From assembly GCA_964016885.1 (NCBI GenBank), contig OZ024741.1, forward strand, positions 176,266,001-176,330,000: a stretch of 64,000 nt of DNA, read 5' to 3'. Positions within the stretch are counted from its first letter, which is position 1, and each line of letters begins with the position of its first letter. Origin of the DNA: Eledone cirrhosa. Taxonomy: Eukaryota. Below, piece after piece: positions 60,268 through 64,000 of this stretch. The notes below the pieces were generated by a model. It was not told the origin of the DNA and searched no databases. It worked only from the letters and a program-made list of their open reading frames with translations. The position numbers were made by a program, and so were the translations under genes.

Positions 60268-62365
60268 GAATTTGTTTTGCAAGGTTTTTGATATGAAATC
60301 GTGTGTGGAAACAAATATTATTATCTTGGGGAGGATTCATGGAAGTAGTGAATTCACAAGAGGTCCCCTCCAAAACCCGCATGTATATCCCGAACGAGGG
60401 GGAAAAACGTGCTGTTTGCCGCCGATTCTCCACAGACGCAGGGACAGAAACGACCCGAAGCCGCCGATTACCGGAACTGACACTTCTTGGATTTTCACCA
60501 GAGCCCCTTTTGCCGGGTTGCGGCCCTAATACCGCTGGGTGCCAGACCAATCCGCCTTGGGTGGCCCTACCAGGAACCGAAGTTCCAGACGGCATAGCTC
60601 TGACACTACCCGTTGCCACCGCCCTGCCACGTTGAGGAGGAGTTGACTTTAGGTTGGCGTCTCATACAAGGCTACTACCGGTCGACTCGAGCTCGAGTGA
60701 GGGTCTATGTTGGGGAGACGGAGTCGTTCGACGTTGGGACCGGTGTTCGGCAGGGGTGTGCACTATCACCAACTCTCTTTAACTACGCCATTGACTACAC
60801 TCTCAACACAGCGCTCCAGGATTACCCGGGCGTGGAGGTTAGGAGATGGGTCGTGGTAACGGACCTGGCCTACGCGGATGACATCGTGCTGATGGGCGCT
60901 AACGGAACATATGTACAGGGTGCTCTCGAAAGGGTGCACACTGCATCCGCCGCTGTTGGTCTACGAATCAATGCCGCCAAGTCGAAAGTCATGACGTCAC
61001 TGGTCTCGTCTGATGTCTGGCAGCCGATATCTCTTGAGGGCGTGGACCTGGAGGATGTGGAGTCCTTCGTTTACCTAGACGCAGCCGAGGTCAAGCGTCG
61101 CACAAGTGCTGCCAGATCCGCTTTTGGGCGCCTCCAGCGGTGTCTGTGGGACAGAAGAGAGATCACCTCGGCGACCAAAGGGCGAATCTACCAGGCCGTC
61201 GTTCGCACTATCCTCCTCTATGGCTGTGAAACATGGCCTATGAGGGTAGTTGATCAACGAGGGCTGGAGGTCTTCGACAATGACTGTCTCCGCCGCATTC
61301 TTCGCTACCGACGCGTTGATCGGGTACCTACCACCAGTCTTCGTCTTCGCCGGAATCTTCGACCCCTTGCTTCAGTGCTTTTGCAACGGCGCTTGAGATG
61401 GTTTGGTGACGCAGCCCGGCGCCCTGAGGGTGAGCTGATCCGCGATGTTCTCCGCCCACCTCCACCCCCTAACCGTGATTGGCTCGCTATATCCAGTGAC
61501 CTAGCCCGGGTCGCCATGCGTGGGCTGCCATGGTTCGGGATGCCGTCAGGACAAGGGAAGAAGCCGGCTCAACCCGTCCAGAGTGAATGTCGACACAAGT
61601 ACAAGTACAAGTTAGTAAACTTGTTGAGGGTCATATTGTTGTAATAATATTGCCAGAAATAATAACAGAACACACTCACTGTTTGGTTGGTTTTCGCTTC
61701 TGCATCTTTTATATCTCCATAGTTAATTTATGTGCAATCAATGTTTATCATTGACTAACCAACGGTTAAAAATACAGATATAAATATATATAGTTTAACA
61801 AAGGTATTTCGTTGCACATCTACAACAACATCAGAGGTACTATTATCATGTTTCCTCCTATTGTGTTGTGTTTACGCCATTTTTATTTTATTTATTTATT
61901 TATTTATTTTTGTCTCAGTCTCTGCGCATGCGTTTGCGTGTGTGTATAATATTTGGTATGTGTGTTCGCGTTTGGGTGTATGTGTTTTGGATTTGTATTC
62001 TATCTTTGTTTACTAGTGTGAGTTTACATGTGTTTGTTGTTATTGTACTTGTGTATATATTTATTTATTTATTTATTTATATTTCTCTTAAGTCAGTATT
62101 GTTTGTTTGGGTGTGGTTGATGTTGTTATACCATTCATTTTTTCTGCCTAACTTTGGTTTTCAAAGCTCTATTTCGCTCACTTCTCTGATTTGCCCATCT
62201 GTTGGGTCTTTTCTATCTTTAGATATTATTTTAATTTCTATGTTGTCTATGTTACCGTCATGTTTTTGTCTGGCGTGTTCGTATAGTACTGAACCGTTTT
62301 TTTATCCTTTTAATTCCCTCCAGTGTTGGTCTATTGTTTCTCTTATGCTTCGAGCATGCAAATAG
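60268..62365 (-). mobile_element. PLE 3' fragment (GIY-YIG C-terminal remnant ~62130-62360 plus 3' UTR) split by the RTE insertion
   Basis: Minus translation IKIISKDRKDPTDGQIRE..PKLGRKNEW resembles the 14703 ORF; 60268-60340 and 61625-61870 are contiguous in the 46378 copy. Confidence 0.72.
60340..61615 (+). mobile_element. RTE-clade LINE, internally deleted, nested in a PLE 3' terminus
   Basis: ORF 60613: GVRQGCALSPTLF, DLAYADDIVL, GLRINAAKSK, LLYGCETW, RRLRWFG; (ACAAGT)3 tail; degenerate TSD cttggggaggattcat / cttgttgagggtcat. Confidence 0.9.
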
Positions 62366-62656
62366 TTAACGTTGAATTATCTACTATGTTAAAAAGTATA
62401 TTTAATTTTATAGTTTAAAACTATTACATTTTAATCATATTGTTATTGATTAATTATATATGTAATTGATTAATTATATATGTAATTGATTAATTATATA
62501 TATGTATTTGATTAATTATACATTAATAAATAATTGCAGTTACTGGTGGCTGTATATATTATTCAAAGCTTCTAATCTATTGTAAGACTGTATTCGTTGA
62601 GTAATCATCGAACCATATTAATCTTTGGTCATATATATATATATATATATATACAA

Positions 62657-62836
62657 TAATTGTTTCTACTTTAGGCACAAGGCCAGCAATCACCCAGTGC
62701 ATTACGGGTACTTTATTTTATCGACCCCGTAAGGATGAAAGGCAAAGTCAACCTCGGCGGGATTTGAACTCAGATCATAAAGGGACGTAACTATGCTGGA
62801 AAGCATGGCGTCCGACCCTCTACCGATACTGCCAAT
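62657..62836 (-). mobile_element. tRNA-derived SINE
   Basis: Same family as 58553-58742. Confidence 0.85.
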
Positions 62837-63105
62837 AATGAGAGGTATACAGATATATGTGTATACATACATATACATGTATATATAAACATATATTTTT
62901 CACAAGTATGTGAGATTGTACGTTGTCGACCTTAACCAGTGTTGCTCTATGATTATGAGAGACAAGATAATCGAAATAATTAAATTGACACAATATCAGA
63001 GTTATGTAAAATACTATAAAAAGGAATAATATTCTCCCTCCGCCTTTCTGAGATTTTCTCGCATGCTACTGACGTATGTAGTTAGGGCTCTTTCCCCTGA
63101 GGGGC

Positions 63106-63196
63106 TCCCTTGATAAGCTGGCTTACCTCACAACAATGTTACATATCTATGATATAACATATTTGCATAGTGACCAGCGAAACTGTAAAGTCGGGA
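63106..63196 (+). ncRNA. Hammerhead ribozyme, U3-A8 variant, diverged relative of the 590-bp unit HHR
   Basis: TCCC-TTGATAA-GCTGG..CCAGC-GAAA-CTgtaaAG-TC-GGGA; upstream ccctccgccttt motif and downstream aggtat shared with the 590-bp unit. Confidence 0.8.
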
Positions 63197-63241
63197 CTTA
63201 AGAAAAAAATAGGTATATCGTATCTATTATTCCTTTATATA

Positions 63242-63272
<31 letters not shown>

Positions 63273-63274
63273 TT

Positions 63275-63420
63275 ATTATAAGAACAGATTAAAGTTCAAG
63301 CAAAGAATGACTGCTTTCACCCCTACCAGGATCTTCTGATTTCAGAAACTGATTTTCAAAAGATCCCGTTAAGGGTGAAAGCAGCAATTCTTTGCTTAAA
63401 CTTTAATCTGTTCTTATAAT
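63275..63420. mobile_element. Mini foldback made of two 3' termini of the 1330-4380 PLE family
   Basis: attataagaacagattaaagt.. / ..actttaatctgttcttataat; arms match 1335-1398. Confidence 0.8.
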
Positions 63421-63460
63421 ACATATTTGCTTTATGGGTTTATATATATATATTTATATA

Positions 63461-63780
63461 TAATAGAAAACGAAAAATCAGTGATGCATCTGAACTCAGT
63501 TTATTGTGAGTTACAGTTGTTTCTCCGGCGGACAGCTCGAGTTTGATTCTGGACCCGCATGTTCGACGGACACGTCTAAATGATTTCGGTGCATATTCTC
63601 TCAGTCAGAAAATAAGCTCCGAAATCATTAAACGTGTCCGTCGAACCTGCGGGTCCAGAATCAGACAGATCCACACAATGATCCACACAATGATCACACC
63701 TCGAGCTGTCCGCCGTCGAGACAATTGTAACACACAATAAATTTAGTTCAGATGCATCACTGATTTTTCGTTTTCTATTA
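63461..63780. mobile_element. Foldback with ~135-bp arms and a degenerate CCG-type HHR (63634-63733)
   Basis: taatagaaaacgaaaaatcagtgatgcatctgaact / agttcagatgcatcactgatttttcgttttctatta; GTGT-CCGTCGA..GAgA-CAATTG-TA-ACAC. Confidence 0.7.
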
Positions 63781-63847
63781 TATCATACTCTGCTCTGTAA
63801 GTGCTCAACCGGCATACGGCCTATGGAAGTATCTTAGCTGCCATCAG

Positions 63848-63964
<117 letters not shown>

Positions 63965-64000
63965 CCTTATCGAGCCCTCTTCGGATTGTAGTCTTCACAT

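Overview
AT-rich eukaryotic non-coding DNA with no convincing host gene. The SINE families resemble octopod cephalopod SINEs; this is an inference from memory, not a database match. The window is almost entirely microsatellites and retroelements. It holds several Penelope-like elements (PLEs; RT plus GIY-YIG remnants, one near full length), a near-complete but disrupted L1/Tx1-type LINE, a Dong/R4 fragment in (TAA)n, two RTE fragments, an internally deleted mariner and many tRNA-derived SINEs. The main hidden signal is a dense set of type I hammerhead ribozyme (HHR) motifs, about 25 copies from roughly a dozen sequence families, read by eye. The clearest case is a 590/594-bp ORF-less tandem repeat at two loci with one HHR per unit, which looks like a non-LTR retrozyme. 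Its core is the compensated variant U3-A8 (TTGATAA), and a diverged relative near 63.1 kb keeps that core with covarying stems. Many other HHRs, some with CCGAnGA or CAGAAGA cores, lie in head-to-head foldback elements whose 3' ends point outward into (TA)n. Several foldbacks can be traced to the 3' ends of PLEs in this window. All structures were folded manually and boundaries are approximate.
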